Below, piece after piece: positions 63,425 through 64,000 of a DNA stretch of 64,000 bases. Every line of letters starts with the position of its first letter. Position 1 is the first letter of the stretch. The stretch is from positions 9,858,001 through 9,922,000 of the forward strand of contig NC_042997.1 in the NCBI RefSeq assembly GCF_006345805.1, written 5' to 3'. The notes under the pieces were generated by a model. That model ran no database searches and was not told the origin of the DNA. It worked only from the letters and a program-made list of their open reading frames with translations. The translations under genes and the position numbers were made by a program. This DNA comes from Octopus sinensis. Lineage: Eukaryota.

Positions 63425-64000
63425 ACAAGCTGTTTTGAAATTCGTTTAAGTTGTTCATTTGATATTCCAACGAAGAAAAGAAAAATGGTTGGAATTCTCT
63501 CTATGAAAAATTCATTACTAATAGATCAAATACTCTACCATATGACAGCTAGATTTTTATCGGGAAGATATCTACATAAAATGAATGCAAATAATCTTCT
63601 TCCAGTCTATCTCATCGTTCGTTATTTCTTGTTTTCTTTCTCATTTTTGTATATTGCATCCACACGAGTTTCACTTGATAAACGAAGGTGAATGCGACTG
63701 AGTATAGCGGAGTTTTTTTGCTTCTGCAACTGTCTTATTTTAACTGTTTCGCAGTGCACGAAATAATTTAATGCTTCTGTCTAAATTTTCAAGCTGGCAG
63801 TCTGTTTGAACTCATCATGTAAACGTTGCAGAGGATAACTGCGATGACTTTTGTTGGTGCTGAATTCTTAGTATAGAGTCTGGAGGGCAAGTCTGATGAC
63901 ATAACATGTTGTTGGATAGTCGACACACAGATTGACAATAGCAGTGTTTGATGTTGGCTGTTTCTAAGTTGTATATTTGAACTTTTTCGAGAAATGGCTG

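Overview
AT-rich eukaryotic DNA, dense in microsatellites, that appears to be intronic or intergenic. The repeat families look like those of octopus; this is inferred from recalled repeat sequences, not from a search. I could not identify any host protein-coding exon, rRNA, true tRNA gene or CRISPR array, and most ORFs in the track are translations of microsatellites. The window is a mosaic of mobile elements: one young 5'-truncated CR1-type LINE with an open 685-aa RT frame (19.3-21.6 kb); decayed R4/Dong-type and other RLE LINEs; RTE and L2/CR1 remnants; several Penelope-like (PLE) remnants; a Gypsy pol remnant; two Tc1 transposons; two Helitron remnants; about 20 tRNA-derived SINE copies; and three foldback/MITE elements. 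Three structures stand out. (1) A ~1.4-kb inverted duplication at 7337-8760 has ~450-bp arms at ~98% identity, and each arm carries a SINE 3' half fused to a PLE-type terminal repeat holding a minimal hammerhead ribozyme motif. (2) A (TAA)n array at 54.6-55.7 kb has two same-orientation inserts stacked in it. (3) A Helitron fragment has an internal inversion. Boundaries of decayed elements were read by eye and are approximate.
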